A DNA stretch of 64,000 nt, taken from NCBI GenBank assembly GCA_964230645.1, contig CAXRHT010000003.1, positions 1-64,000 on the forward strand, given 5' to 3'. The position numbers and the translations under genes were made by a program. This document shows, piece after piece, positions 29,581-38,940 of the stretch. Numbering within the stretch: position 1 is the stretch's first letter; every line of letters starts with the position of its first letter. The notes under the pieces are model-generated. The model did not search any database, was not told where the DNA came from, and was given only the letters and a program-made list of their open reading frames with translations. The stretch comes from Bdellovibrionales bacterium. GTDB taxonomy: Bacteria; Bdellovibrionota; Bdellovibrionia; Bdellovibrionales; JAGQZY01.

Positions 29581-30721
29581 CTACCTTTGATTCTTTTTCT
29601 GGCCACAAAGACCAGTTTGTATTGGGCTTCCTTTTAGGAATCTTGCTATCGGCACTACTAACACAACTCTGGGTCACACAGGGTTTGGGGTTTGGAAATA
29701 AACTAAAGCCTTTTTCGATATGACCTAAAGGCTCATCATGACAGCTATAACTTCGTTTAATATTTCCATCGGGCTCACGAATAATAATACTTCGATATCC
29801 AGCACTGCACTCCCAGCCCTTGAATTGGTTAAACTCAAAGGCATTAAAACGTTCTGCCTGATCCATGTACCAGGGCTTACCATCCTTATCAGTCAACTCT
29901 ACTTGAAAATGAGGAGGGATCGGCTCGTTGGTCTCATGATCTTTTGGAAGTTTGGCGAAATTGGGCTTGGGCCTTTTTGATTGCTTTTCTTTATCGCTCA
30001 TTCTCGCTTTTGTGTAGTCCCTCTGAGGCATCCCATTTCTTAGCTTTTGAAGCATCTCTTCAGTATAACCGTCGACCACTTTCGTTGCTGTAGGATTACT
30101 CTGAGGCTTCAGTGTTACGTTAATACCTCTTTCGTGGAAATAGAGCATGTCTTCCCAAATCGCCTCAAACCGTTCAGGCACCATCACCGAATTAATGGTT
30201 ACATGGATGTCGTTTTCTTGCAGAAACACAAGCTTATCCGCAAATCTCTCCTTCACCGCAAACTCTTTATGGTAACTCGCTGTTATACTCACTCGGTGAA
30301 GATCTTTAGTCGCTTCCACATATCTTTTAAACCACCCAAGACCTAGGCTTAAATTGCTCGTCATATGAGCCGACTGGTAGTTGGTATTTTCAACGTCGTC
30401 AGAATAATGCTTTAAAATCTCCAAATAACCTGGATGTAATGTGGGCTCCCCACCGCTAAAGGAAAAGTGGAATGAATTAAAGCCTCGCTCACGAGCCTGA
30501 CTTTTAATTTCGTTTAAAGTTGATTTTACTAGGGCTGTCGAGCGATGATCTTTTTTATCGGATCTGGCGTAGGGCCAGCAATAAGAACATTTGTAATTAC
30601 AAAATCGTCCTAGAAGCCAACTGACACAAAAAAGGTCGCGATAAATGAGGGAGCGCTGCCCCACTCTTTCTATAGACTCAAACGGAATTTTTCTGAAATC
30701 GTAATCGGACCAAATATCCAT
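29567..30721 (-). CDS. Radical SAM protein with Cys-containing C-terminal domain
   Basis: WLLGRFCNYKCSYC, FSGGEP and FKGWECSAG...SYSC...PCVTQSC. Confidence 0.92.
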   Translation of the reverse strand: MDIWSDYDFRKIPFESIERVGQRSLIYRDLFCVSWLLGRFCNYKCSYCWPYARSDKKDHRSTALVKSTLNEIKSQARERGFNSFHFSFSGGEPTLHPGYLEILKHYSDDVENTNYQSAHMTSNLSLGLGWFKRYVEATKDLHRVSITASYHKEFAVKERFADKLVFLQENDIHVTINSVMVPERFEAIWEDMLYFHERGINVTLKPQSNPTATKVVDGYTEEMLQKLRNGMPQRDYTKARMSDKEKQSKRPKPNFAKLPKDHETNEPIPPHFQVELTDKDGKPWYMDQAERFNAFEFNQFKGWECSAGYRSIIIREPDGNIKRSYSCHDEPLGHIEKGFSLFPNPKPCVTQSCVSSADSKIPKRKPNTNWSLWPEKESKVDANV

Positions 30722-30748
30722 ATCGCGACTTTCCTTTCTTAGTAATTT

Positions 30749-32044
30749 TTAGGGTAAAAACTTCTCGCTACTTTCTCCGCGCAGCGAATCGAGCTTGTGA
30801 GAATATTCCACAAGCTGATCATTATACTGATCGAAGTAGCTCCCACCATCCATGTAATTTGTAATACGGTCTAGTATCTTCTCCGCCTTGATGGCAAGGT
30901 CGGATTCCCATTGTTCCCTGAATTTCCCCTTGTACTCTTCGAATAAGGATTTGATCTGCGCTTTTTTCTCGTCAGAAAGCACTCGTACGTTTAAATGTTC
31001 AGGCTTATGGGCCATATGTATCGTGAGAATGGGTTTCTGTTTGGAACTATTGATTCTTTGAAAATCACTTTCATTTATTTTCCACAACATAAACTCTGGA
31101 ATATGTGTCACGTTATATACTGTAACGGTACAGGCCAGCCAGGAAAAAATAGGTCTTGGCTGCTTATCAAGCTTTTGTAGATTTTTAAAAACTTCCTGCC
31201 ATTTTGCCGGGTATCTTTGAAATTCAAACACATCACCATACCCATCAATGCTCGCACCCACTCGAACCTCTTTGAAGCTTTTCCAAAGGTCCAACACTTT
31301 ATCCGGAAGAATGGTGAGGTTCGTATTGTACTCAAGGATAATATTTTTACTGATATTTTTTCGCACACACTTTTCTAAAAAGCGAAAATGTTCGCGGATC
31401 AGCATCGGCTCTCCACCAGCCATATAAATATGTTTTATACCATCATCTTTTTCGCTCAATTGTTTCCAAAAATCGTCATTGAGATACCATTGGTAGGATT
31501 TGTTAGCATCCACCCATTGTGTTCCCTTTTTTTCAAGCTGAACCTTCATATGAGTGTCTTGGTACTCTGTTGAGCCTGTTAGGGCGACATGATCCTCATA
31601 CCAAGCACTTGAGTCGCTGGGCCCACACATTCGACAGGAAAGGTTACACTTATTTCCAAAGCGAAGATCGTAATAGGCGACAGGAAATTTATCGACCTCG
31701 ATGGTGCCATCCTCTTTTGTCCCCTGCTCCACATCACTCATTCGAAGCTTCCAGTTTCTAAATTCGTATTGGCGCCGCGAGTCCAGTCCGGACTCCTCCT
31801 CCTGACGACAACGTTGACAGGTGGCATGCCACTCACCCTTGATCATTGCCTTACGCACCTCTTTCATAAGCTGAGCGTTACGAGCCTTATCCAAATTGTC
31901 TGTTCCAGCGTTAAAAATGCGTCCTTCGTCGTTTGTTAATAGACCTCGATTAGTAGAGATATTAGCCTGGCAGCAAATTCGAATATCGCCATTATTTCTG
32001 ATCGCTTGAAAGTTCCAAGGTAAAGGGCAAAAAGTACGACTCAT
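30749..32044 (-). CDS. Radical SAM protein with N-terminal twitch domain
   Basis: FCPLPW...RICC...CQRC, CNLSCRMC and MAGGEP. The ATG at 32044 follows GAGGGGG. Confidence 0.92.
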   Translation of the reverse strand: MSRTFCPLPWNFQAIRNNGDIRICCQANISTNRGLLTNDEGRIFNAGTDNLDKARNAQLMKEVRKAMIKGEWHATCQRCRQEEESGLDSRRQYEFRNWKLRMSDVEQGTKEDGTIEVDKFPVAYYDLRFGNKCNLSCRMCGPSDSSAWYEDHVALTGSTEYQDTHMKVQLEKKGTQWVDANKSYQWYLNDDFWKQLSEKDDGIKHIYMAGGEPMLIREHFRFLEKCVRKNISKNIILEYNTNLTILPDKVLDLWKSFKEVRVGASIDGYGDVFEFQRYPAKWQEVFKNLQKLDKQPRPIFSWLACTVTVYNVTHIPEFMLWKINESDFQRINSSKQKPILTIHMAHKPEHLNVRVLSDEKKAQIKSLFEEYKGKFREQWESDLAIKAEKILDRITNYMDGGSYFDQYNDQLVEYSHKLDSLRGESSEKFLP

Positions 32045-32231
32045 AGGAATCCCCCTCAAGAGCCATAAACATAACAGCTTAGGGTCTCTTTATCAAAATT
32101 TTACTTCTCTCTCAGGGCCTTGCAAACTTGAACCGAGCCCCTAGAAGACTCAATGCGCCAGCTTATACTCCCCATTCTCCCTTTGCAAAATCATCTCGGT
32201 TCGCTAGATTAATGTTATTTGGGAGCTCTTT

Positions 32232-33071
32232 ATGACACACCTGAAGTTCGTCTTCTCTAATCAAAGCGAATCAACAGAATTTGAGTTAATTTATCAACTC
32301 TTCGAGACCCCTTTTAAAGACAAATGGCTGAGAGTCTTCCGCGAGGCACTCAACGATTCTCAGGGGCTCAGGGAGCACCTCTTTTTTGGCTCACTATTTG
32401 AAGCCGAAAACACCCTAGTCTCAGAAATTAATCGGGTTATAGAAAAGATTAATCATTTCAAACCTCAAAGTTTTGTCTTTAAAGAGAAGGCCACTCTTGG
32501 AATGAGTCACCAGGATCTTATGATCCTTCACTCTGAATTCGAAGAAGCTGAAAAACTTGAACTTTTTCGTCAGGACGCTCCTCAACAAATAAAAAGTGAC
32601 CTCTTGAAAGTCAACGAACTCATTCATCGCTACCAAGCCACCCTTGAGCCTGGAAGTGAGTTCCATATCAACTGTGTTTTCAAAAATCCGAAGTCTTATC
32701 CTTTCGATCCTGAGGACCTGGAGCTCTTCTCACCTCACTACTACGACGGGTGGCTATATCTCGACTACGCCACCACGGGCGTCACTGTTTTTGATGCCCA
32801 TCGGTTCAAAACACCGCAAAAACCTGTTCCACAAACCACCTACCAAGGAGGCTGTAAGCTACTCTTTGATGGAAACCGCGAACGAGGAAGCCAGGAGCTA
32901 AATACAATTAAAGACTGGATGAAAAGTCGATGGGACATGGACGCCTCAGATCCCTGGAATACCCTTGGCTACATTCCACTAGGTAAACTCCATCATCCCA
33001 CATCGAGAGATGAAGTAGAGGAAGGATTAAGGCAACACCATCACCGCTTTCGGGTTGAGGTCATTGATTGA
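32232..33071 (+). CDS. Hypothetical protein
   Basis: 279 aa ORF preceded by GGGAG. No family recognised. Confidence 0.7.
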   Translation: MTHLKFVFSNQSESTEFELIYQLFETPFKDKWLRVFREALNDSQGLREHLFFGSLFEAENTLVSEINRVIEKINHFKPQSFVFKEKATLGMSHQDLMILHSEFEEAEKLELFRQDAPQQIKSDLLKVNELIHRYQATLEPGSEFHINCVFKNPKSYPFDPEDLELFSPHYYDGWLYLDYATTGVTVFDAHRFKTPQKPVPQTTYQGGCKLLFDGNRERGSQELNTIKDWMKSRWDMDASDPWNTLGYIPLGKLHHPTSRDEVEEGLRQHHHRFRVEVID

Positions 33072-33088
33072 AAAAGAATAAGGGTGAA

Positions 33089-33117
33089 TTGTCCCGTACG
33101 AAAGCCTATGCTACTTT
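33089..33117 (+). promoter_or_regulatory. Putative sigma70 promoter, leaderless geometry
   Basis: TTGTCC-17 nt-(TGC)TACTTT, ending 6 nt before ATG 33124. Confidence 0.45.
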
Positions 33118-33123
33118 TATATT

Positions 33124-33525
33124 ATGAGTCGATGGCCTTACTTTATTGTACTTGCGATAAGTCTTTTTTTATCTCAATTCTATTTAAGATCCTTTAACCG
33201 TGAATCAATTTTCCCTCTAGCAACATGGAACCTTTTCTCAAGGCTTCCTATCAAGGGCGAAATTTCAACTCTTTATTTCAAAGATAAAAGCACGGGAACT
33301 CTTTGCTATTTTTATTTATGCCCCGGCGTTGATCAAGATAAAATCACACCCTATCACCCTTATCATATTGTAAGATGGCGTCAGGACAGTATGAATGTGG
33401 CAGACTATTTTAAAAATAAAATAAATCTTCAAGAACTTAACTATGAAATACACATCAAAACAGAGCACACAACCATGGTTGAAAAATGGCGAGAAATTTC
33501 CCCGGCGTTGAGCGAAAAAAATTAG
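33124..33525 (+). CDS. Membrane-anchored partner of an HTTM protein (SdpA-like, tentative)
   Basis: N-terminal TM followed by IFPLATWNLFS. Overlaps the HTTM-like gene. Confidence 0.5.
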   Translation: MSRWPYFIVLAISLFLSQFYLRSFNRESIFPLATWNLFSRLPIKGEISTLYFKDKSTGTLCYFYLCPGVDQDKITPYHPYHIVRWRQDSMNVADYFKNKINLQELNYEIHIKTEHTTMVEKWREISPALSEKN

Positions 33526-34310
33526 CTCATTTTACGATTGATAGTTTACTTTTTTTTACACTGGCTTATGTTTTTCATAAGAAGTTCTCTGAATTCGATA
33601 TCAACGAGGAACAATTGTTGTGGCCCGTTTTTTGGCTCACAGAAGAGATTCGCCCTTTTGCTGTAAAGCTTTCCATGGGAACACTATTTGCGACGCCCTT
33701 TCTAACACTTTTTAAACGCACCCGATTCCCGGCTCAGATTCTTTGTTTTTTGTCGGCCTTGATTCTCATTTCTATCTCTTATTCCAATGGTAAGTCCTAT
33801 CATGCGGGTCTTTCGTGGATTATTTTTCTTCCGGTCTTTTTATCTCTTAAACCCTTTGTCGGTCGTTTTAACGCCGCTCACCTGGCTTTCTTCACCTTTT
33901 CTACTGCCTACATAAACTCTGGAATCTGGAAACTGCGAAGCCTCCTCCCTTACCTCAGTGAAACAGGAGACTTTTCAGTTCTTTTAAACACCTTGCAAGA
34001 ACACATAGCTTCTTCAGCCGTTGAGAGAGTTCAACCTCCCACCTGGCTTGGGCAACTCGTCATTGATCATCTGTGGCTTTCTGGACTCCTATGGATATCT
34101 GCTATTTTTATTGAAATTTCCCCTATATTGATTCCTTTTTTTAAAAGACAAACCTGGCTCTTCGCTTTATTTCTATTTCTTTTTCATATAGGCGTATACT
34201 GGACTCTAAGAATCTATTTTTTCCCTTCTATGGGACTTCTTCTTGTTCTTTCAATATACTTTTTTCTTCAATCAAGAGAGGAAGATTTCGATAGTATGGA
34301 CCCTTCATGA
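33486..34310 (+). CDS. HTTM-domain-like (vitamin K-dependent carboxylase N-terminal / SdpB-like) membrane protein
   Basis: Multi-TM protein with AYINSGIWKL (Y..xG..KL), a conserved E in IFIEI, and FHIGVYWTLRIYFF. Confidence 0.6.
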   Translation: MARNFPGVERKKLAHFTIDSLLFFTLAYVFHKKFSEFDINEEQLLWPVFWLTEEIRPFAVKLSMGTLFATPFLTLFKRTRFPAQILCFLSALILISISYSNGKSYHAGLSWIIFLPVFLSLKPFVGRFNAAHLAFFTFSTAYINSGIWKLRSLLPYLSETGDFSVLLNTLQEHIASSAVERVQPPTWLGQLVIDHLWLSGLLWISAIFIEISPILIPFFKRQTWLFALFLFLFHIGVYWTLRIYFFPSMGLLLVLSIYFFLQSREEDFDSMDPS

Positions 34311-34416
34311 ACTTAGCACCTTCTGTTGGTAAACTCGCGCTAACCGTCACTTTTCTTTTCCTTTAGAAATTAAAACAGCCTTGTAATTCTCAAAGGGAGT
34401 GATAATAATCGAAAGC

Positions 34417-35493
34417 ATGAGTTACTCTTATGTGCAGGCCGCAAACTCTCTCCAGTTGGAAATTTCCACAAAATGCAATGCACTTTGTCCGACCTGCATT
34501 CGAACCAATCGATCCCTACAGGGCGTTAACCCTGCGATTCCTAGAAATTCAGAAATGCCCAAAGAAGTATTACTAGAGGTTTTTCGATCTCGCTGGGCTC
34601 AAAACCTACGCACTGTTGAATTTTGTGGAACGCTCGATGAGCCTTTACTTCATTCAAACTTTCTAGGAATTCTTGAAGACCTCTACAACGAACACCCCCA
34701 TGTTCATGTTAGTATTCACACTAATGGCGGCTCAAGAGGTCCCTCATTTTTTAAAGATTTAGCTACAATGATAAAAAAATTTGGCAACGAGTCTACTGTT
34801 CGTTTTGGTATTGATGGACTTGGGAAAACAAATCAAATTTATCGCTACGGGGTTAAATTTGACAGGGTTTGGGAAAATCTAAAAACCTATACCAACGAAG
34901 GCGCTCCTGCCACATGGCAAAGTTTAATTTTTCCTTGGAATAGACATCAAATTAGATCGATGGAGGCCTTAGCTAAATCAGTAGGCTGCAGCGAGTTTTG
35001 GGTCCGACCCGATCGCACTGAAGCTTCTAAGTGGGGTGCTGTCGAAATAGAAAAACGTCGACTTGAAAAGAAACCGCCATCAAAAGAGCTTCCAAATGGC
35101 AACAAAAATTTTGAAACTTTTGTCGCTGATAACATTGATAAGCCAGTTAGTTGTGTCTACAAAGATATACGCCAAATGGTTTTTATCTCTTGGGATGGAA
35201 ATGTCTGGCCTTGTTGTTTTTGGTCTCACGCCAGATATGAGAACAAATATAAAAAACAAAAGTTTCAGCAGACCATGGAAGAAAGATATTCAAAAAATTT
35301 TAATAATCTAGCCCACCATAGCTTTGATGATATTCTTCAACATGATTTTTTTCAAAACGATCTTTTAGAAAGCTGGGAAAAAGGAACGGCTCTGAAGTGG
35401 CGCTGTGTGGAGAAGTGCTCCATAGCCAAAAAACGGACTTCCGATGGGAAAAGAGACGATAAAAAACACTATCAACACGTGAGTTTAAATTGA
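34417..35493 (+). CDS. Radical SAM protein with C-terminal twitch-like domain (CGxxxD/E subtype)
   Basis: CNALCPTC, FCGTLDEP, IHTNG and C...VWPCCF...CVEKC. The ORF track start is 34399; ATG at 34417. Confidence 0.9.
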   Translation: MSYSYVQAANSLQLEISTKCNALCPTCIRTNRSLQGVNPAIPRNSEMPKEVLLEVFRSRWAQNLRTVEFCGTLDEPLLHSNFLGILEDLYNEHPHVHVSIHTNGGSRGPSFFKDLATMIKKFGNESTVRFGIDGLGKTNQIYRYGVKFDRVWENLKTYTNEGAPATWQSLIFPWNRHQIRSMEALAKSVGCSEFWVRPDRTEASKWGAVEIEKRRLEKKPPSKELPNGNKNFETFVADNIDKPVSCVYKDIRQMVFISWDGNVWPCCFWSHARYENKYKKQKFQQTMEERYSKNFNNLAHHSFDDILQHDFFQNDLLESWEKGTALKWRCVEKCSIAKKRTSDGKRDDKKHYQHVSLN

Positions 35494-35527
35494 TAGTTTT
35501 CGAACGAGAACTCGGGAGAGAGAGAAA

Positions 35528-36691
35528 TTGAATTCTGCAATTTGGCAAAATACCTTGGACTTTAATTGTACTTGGGATCTTGGTCGACGCTGTAATATGG
35601 ATTGCTCCTATTGCCCCCCTCACCGACACAACACTTCCTCTCCTCACTCGGATCTAAAAGGGCTTCTAAAAGTAGCATCACTTCCCATCCAAGTGAGCCA
35701 AACTTTAAGAGAACTTTCCAACAAACCGATCTCCACTCAGGTCAACTTTACCGGAGGAGAACCAACCACCAACCCCCATCTTCTTTCACTTTGTCAGTTC
35801 CTAAAGGAAGCTGATGAAAATCTTGGATTAAGCATCACCACAAACGGCCTTTTTAGTAGTAAGTTCCTTGAAGATATTACTCAATACGTCCATTACCTAA
35901 CGGTCAGTCTCCACTTTGAAGCCAGTGAAAAAACAAAAAAACATGTGCTTGAAAATATTTATCGAATAAAAGAACTAACAACCTCTTCGACAAGTCTTTT
36001 GGGGGATTTTCATATTAATATGATGGTCCACGCTAATGATGTTTACTTTGCTGAAGCCGTCGAACTTTCTTCTCAGTTTAAAAAAGATAATATCCCCTTT
36101 AGTCTTCGTGCCATTGGTGAACATCCCAATGATAAAGGGGCTCATCTTTACGATAAACAACAGATCGGTTTTATCAAAACGGGCAAACTTGAAGATGAAC
36201 CCACAAATGAAGAAGAGCCTGTAAAAAATAAAGAAGGGAAAAAGGCTGGGCGCCCTTGTTGTGGCAATAGAAGCTTTAAAGTTATTAGAGAGGAATCTTT
36301 TACTTCAGGCACCGCTTGTAGTGCACTTAACTCGATCGAAGATCTTCCCGATGCTGGCCGCGTGTCGGAAAGAAACTTTAAAGACTGGGCTTGCCTGGTT
36401 CATCTATTCTTCATGCATATTTATCAAGAGAAGGAACAGGTTTTCCATCATCAAACCTGCAAGGCAAAACTTGATGGGACTACGGGACCAATCGGGAACT
36501 TTGAAGATATCGACAAAATCGTTGAATTTTATAGACAAATTTTAGAGACAAGAAATGTTCCTTATATCCGTTGTCCGAATAAGATCTGCAACTGTGGATT
36601 GTGCATTACCAAGGCAAAAAACCCAGAAGTATTAGATTTGTTTCTCAAACAAAATTTTAAAAATGCCTCTCTAATTCGTAACCACAACTAA
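35528..36691 (+). CDS. Radical SAM protein with Cys-rich C-terminus
   Basis: WDLGRRCNMDCSYC, FTGGEP, RPCCG, FKDWAC and CPNKICNCGLC. Confidence 0.9.
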   Translation: MNSAIWQNTLDFNCTWDLGRRCNMDCSYCPPHRHNTSSPHSDLKGLLKVASLPIQVSQTLRELSNKPISTQVNFTGGEPTTNPHLLSLCQFLKEADENLGLSITTNGLFSSKFLEDITQYVHYLTVSLHFEASEKTKKHVLENIYRIKELTTSSTSLLGDFHINMMVHANDVYFAEAVELSSQFKKDNIPFSLRAIGEHPNDKGAHLYDKQQIGFIKTGKLEDEPTNEEEPVKNKEGKKAGRPCCGNRSFKVIREESFTSGTACSALNSIEDLPDAGRVSERNFKDWACLVHLFFMHIYQEKEQVFHHQTCKAKLDGTTGPIGNFEDIDKIVEFYRQILETRNVPYIRCPNKICNCGLCITKAKNPEVLDLFLKQNFKNASLIRNHN

Positions 36692-37725
36692 TTAAATACC
36701 CCGCAATGTTTCAAACAGGCTGGATTATTGCATTGCCCTTGGTTCGATGAGTTCTGCTGCCAAGATGCCTTTAAATCATTTTTGAAAAATGGATGCCCTA
36801 CAATTTGTTCTAAATTTCTTTTTCCGAGGTTATTAAAGTCCTGGTCATATTCCCTTAAAAAAAGTTGCTGAAAAATTTCCCGGTCTCGAAATGAGGGACG
36901 TTCTAATCCAAGGTTACCGATCCAACAGCAGGGCCATACTCTCCCCCATGAATCGACATAGAGTTGTTGATCTTTTTCCGCCTTGCAAGCAACTGCCTTA
37001 CGTCCCCCATAAGCCTCTTGAACCCAATCTTTCATGTCCTCTGTAGACATTGAATGGGTGCTATTTAAATGACTCTTTGAGGTCTGTACTTGCTGCAACG
37101 TTTTCTTACCGGGAACTCTCTCACTATCATAATTTTTTCTTGTATAGAACTTATTGCAACCAAGTTCATTGGCTAATTTACGAGCCTGATCGATTTGGTG
37201 CTCATTATGAGGAAATACAATGAATTTCCATGTCGCATTTCCTCCGGCCTCAATGAAAGTTTCCAAATTAAGGAGAACTTTTTCCCAAGACACTCCAATA
37301 CGATACTTATGATTGCTGTCCCTAAGTCCATCTATTGAAAAAACTACTTCCAAGGAGTGCTCGCGGGAATAAGTCCCAAGCCATCTCCACACTGATTCCG
37401 AGCCTAAACTTCCATTAGTGTGAATGACGGTTTTCACGTTGGGATGATACTCCTTCTGAATTTCGAAGAACTCTCTTATAAAAGGGGACGCTAAAGGATC
37501 GCCCATAACCCCACATAGAAAAGTATTATTTAAGCTCCCAAGGGATGGGCTCTTCATTAAAGATTCGATTTGTTGATATGTTAGATGGCTTGCTTTAATC
37601 GGCGACTTTACAACAGGGCTCATATCACTGGTTCGTGAACACCCTAGGCAAGAAGCATTACAAAAACTAGTTAATTCGATATGGAGACTCTTTATATCTA
37701 CTAGCTCTTTATTTAAAAATTCCAA
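36688..37725 (-). CDS. Radical SAM protein with C-terminal twitch-like domain (CGxxGD subtype)
   Basis: CNASCLGC, LCGVMGDP and C...VWPCCW...CLKHC. Confidence 0.9.
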   Translation of the reverse strand: MEFLNKELVDIKSLHIELTSFCNASCLGCSRTSDMSPVVKSPIKASHLTYQQIESLMKSPSLGSLNNTFLCGVMGDPLASPFIREFFEIQKEYHPNVKTVIHTNGSLGSESVWRWLGTYSREHSLEVVFSIDGLRDSNHKYRIGVSWEKVLLNLETFIEAGGNATWKFIVFPHNEHQIDQARKLANELGCNKFYTRKNYDSERVPGKKTLQQVQTSKSHLNSTHSMSTEDMKDWVQEAYGGRKAVACKAEKDQQLYVDSWGRVWPCCWIGNLGLERPSFRDREIFQQLFLREYDQDFNNLGKRNLEQIVGHPFFKNDLKASWQQNSSNQGQCNNPACLKHCGVFN

Positions 37726-37873
37726 TCTCTACTCTCTCAGAAATGCAGATCATCATTTCACTGCTACAAGTTGTAATGCACTAACTGGGGCCCTTTCACC
37801 CGTTTCTCACAATCTTTCCCTCCATCCTGTTGATACCAAACAAACCTCAGACTTTCAACGAAGGGAAAACAAT

Positions 37874-38884
37874 CTAGGCATTCACTGGGGAGTAGGTGGG
37901 GGGACTTTTTTTATGTAAACAGTTCTGGCAACGAACATAGGGTTCTTTCGCCCAACTTCGATAGAGGTCTTCTCTAAAAAATTTTAGTATTCCTTCAAAT
38001 GTGTTGTTTCGAATATCACAGTTCTTTTTATATCGTTCTGTGGGAAAACTGTTACCATTATCTACCGCAGCGAAGCAGCAGGGCCAGATGTAACCCTTCT
38101 GATCGACAGCTATTTTACCTTCAGCGGCGAAGGGACATTCGAATTGCGGATGTTGGGTATGGATTTGTCCCCTAAGATGAGGTTGAGTCTTGAAGATTGT
38201 GCTTTTTTTATAATAGGTCTCGAAATCGTTGAGACTTGGTGATGTGATTTTAACCTCGCTATAGTTTTTAAAAGCAGTTTGGTAGATCTCTGGTTTTCTA
38301 TTTCTGAAGGTAACAAAACTACTACACCCAACTTCCTCAGCTTTTTGCTCAATCTCCTCTATTTGGTTTTTATTGTGATCAAAAACGATACAACGCCATC
38401 TTGAATAGCCCCCGGCTTGATTAAATTGTTTTATATTCTCCACTAATCGCTTCCACCGGACACCCCTGCGATAAATATCATTTGTATACTCAAGCCCATC
38501 CACCGAAAATGTTAAAACATGAGTTTTAAATTTCTGTAAGCATTGAGCGAGTGAAGACCAAAATTCAGGACTTCTTGCGCCCCCGTTAGTAGAAATTCTA
38601 ACTTCGACTTCGGGTTTTTGTTCGTATAACATATCGAGCATTTCAATGAGATGTGGGTGTAAACTTGCATCACCTACATTCCCATCCAAATTAAGAATTT
38701 GAATGTACTCGAGGTTTTCAGGGCGAATAATTTTTTCCCAAACATCAAAAGTCATATTTTCAAGCTTCAAATCTGGGCGGCGGTGTCCTCCGTCGATATT
38801 TCTATGACAAGCACCGCAATGAGAGTTACAATGACTAGTCATCTCAACTTCTAAGAATGTCACATTCTCTTTTTCGTAATACAT
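37874..38884 (-). CDS. Radical SAM protein with C-terminal twitch-like domain
   Basis: CNSHCGAC, LDGNVGDA and C...IWPCCF...CQNC. Confidence 0.9.
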   Translation of the reverse strand: MYYEKENVTFLEVEMTSHCNSHCGACHRNIDGGHRRPDLKLENMTFDVWEKIIRPENLEYIQILNLDGNVGDASLHPHLIEMLDMLYEQKPEVEVRISTNGGARSPEFWSSLAQCLQKFKTHVLTFSVDGLEYTNDIYRRGVRWKRLVENIKQFNQAGGYSRWRCIVFDHNKNQIEEIEQKAEEVGCSSFVTFRNRKPEIYQTAFKNYSEVKITSPSLNDFETYYKKSTIFKTQPHLRGQIHTQHPQFECPFAAEGKIAVDQKGYIWPCCFAAVDNGNSFPTERYKKNCDIRNNTFEGILKFFREDLYRSWAKEPYVRCQNCLHKKSPPTYSPVNA

Positions 38885-38940
38885 TTATTTTAAATTTTCC
38901 CAGTTCTAATTACTCGAATTTCATTACTTTTAAAGATTAA

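Noticed and set aside
29567..30721. Prokaryotic viperin (shares CNYKC and SGGEP)
   Set aside because: It lacks the viperin N-x-H motif before the Cys triad, has CSYC rather than CxFC, and carries a Cys-containing tail like its paralogue at 35528.
32047..32066. GAATCCCCCTCAAGAGCCAT resembles the tRNA-Asn 3' end (possible att remnant)
   Set aside because: It has several mismatches, and on the minus strand it is simply the RBS (GAGGGGG) of the gene starting at 32044.
37726..37873. Possible SAM-I riboswitch upstream of the radical SAM at 37725 (minus strand reads TATCAACAGGATGGAGGGA...GCAG...CTGAGAGAG)
   Set aside because: There is no P1 pairing, no GCAAC core and no AGAU 3' element. The resemblance is partial; an Infernal RF00162 scan would settle it.
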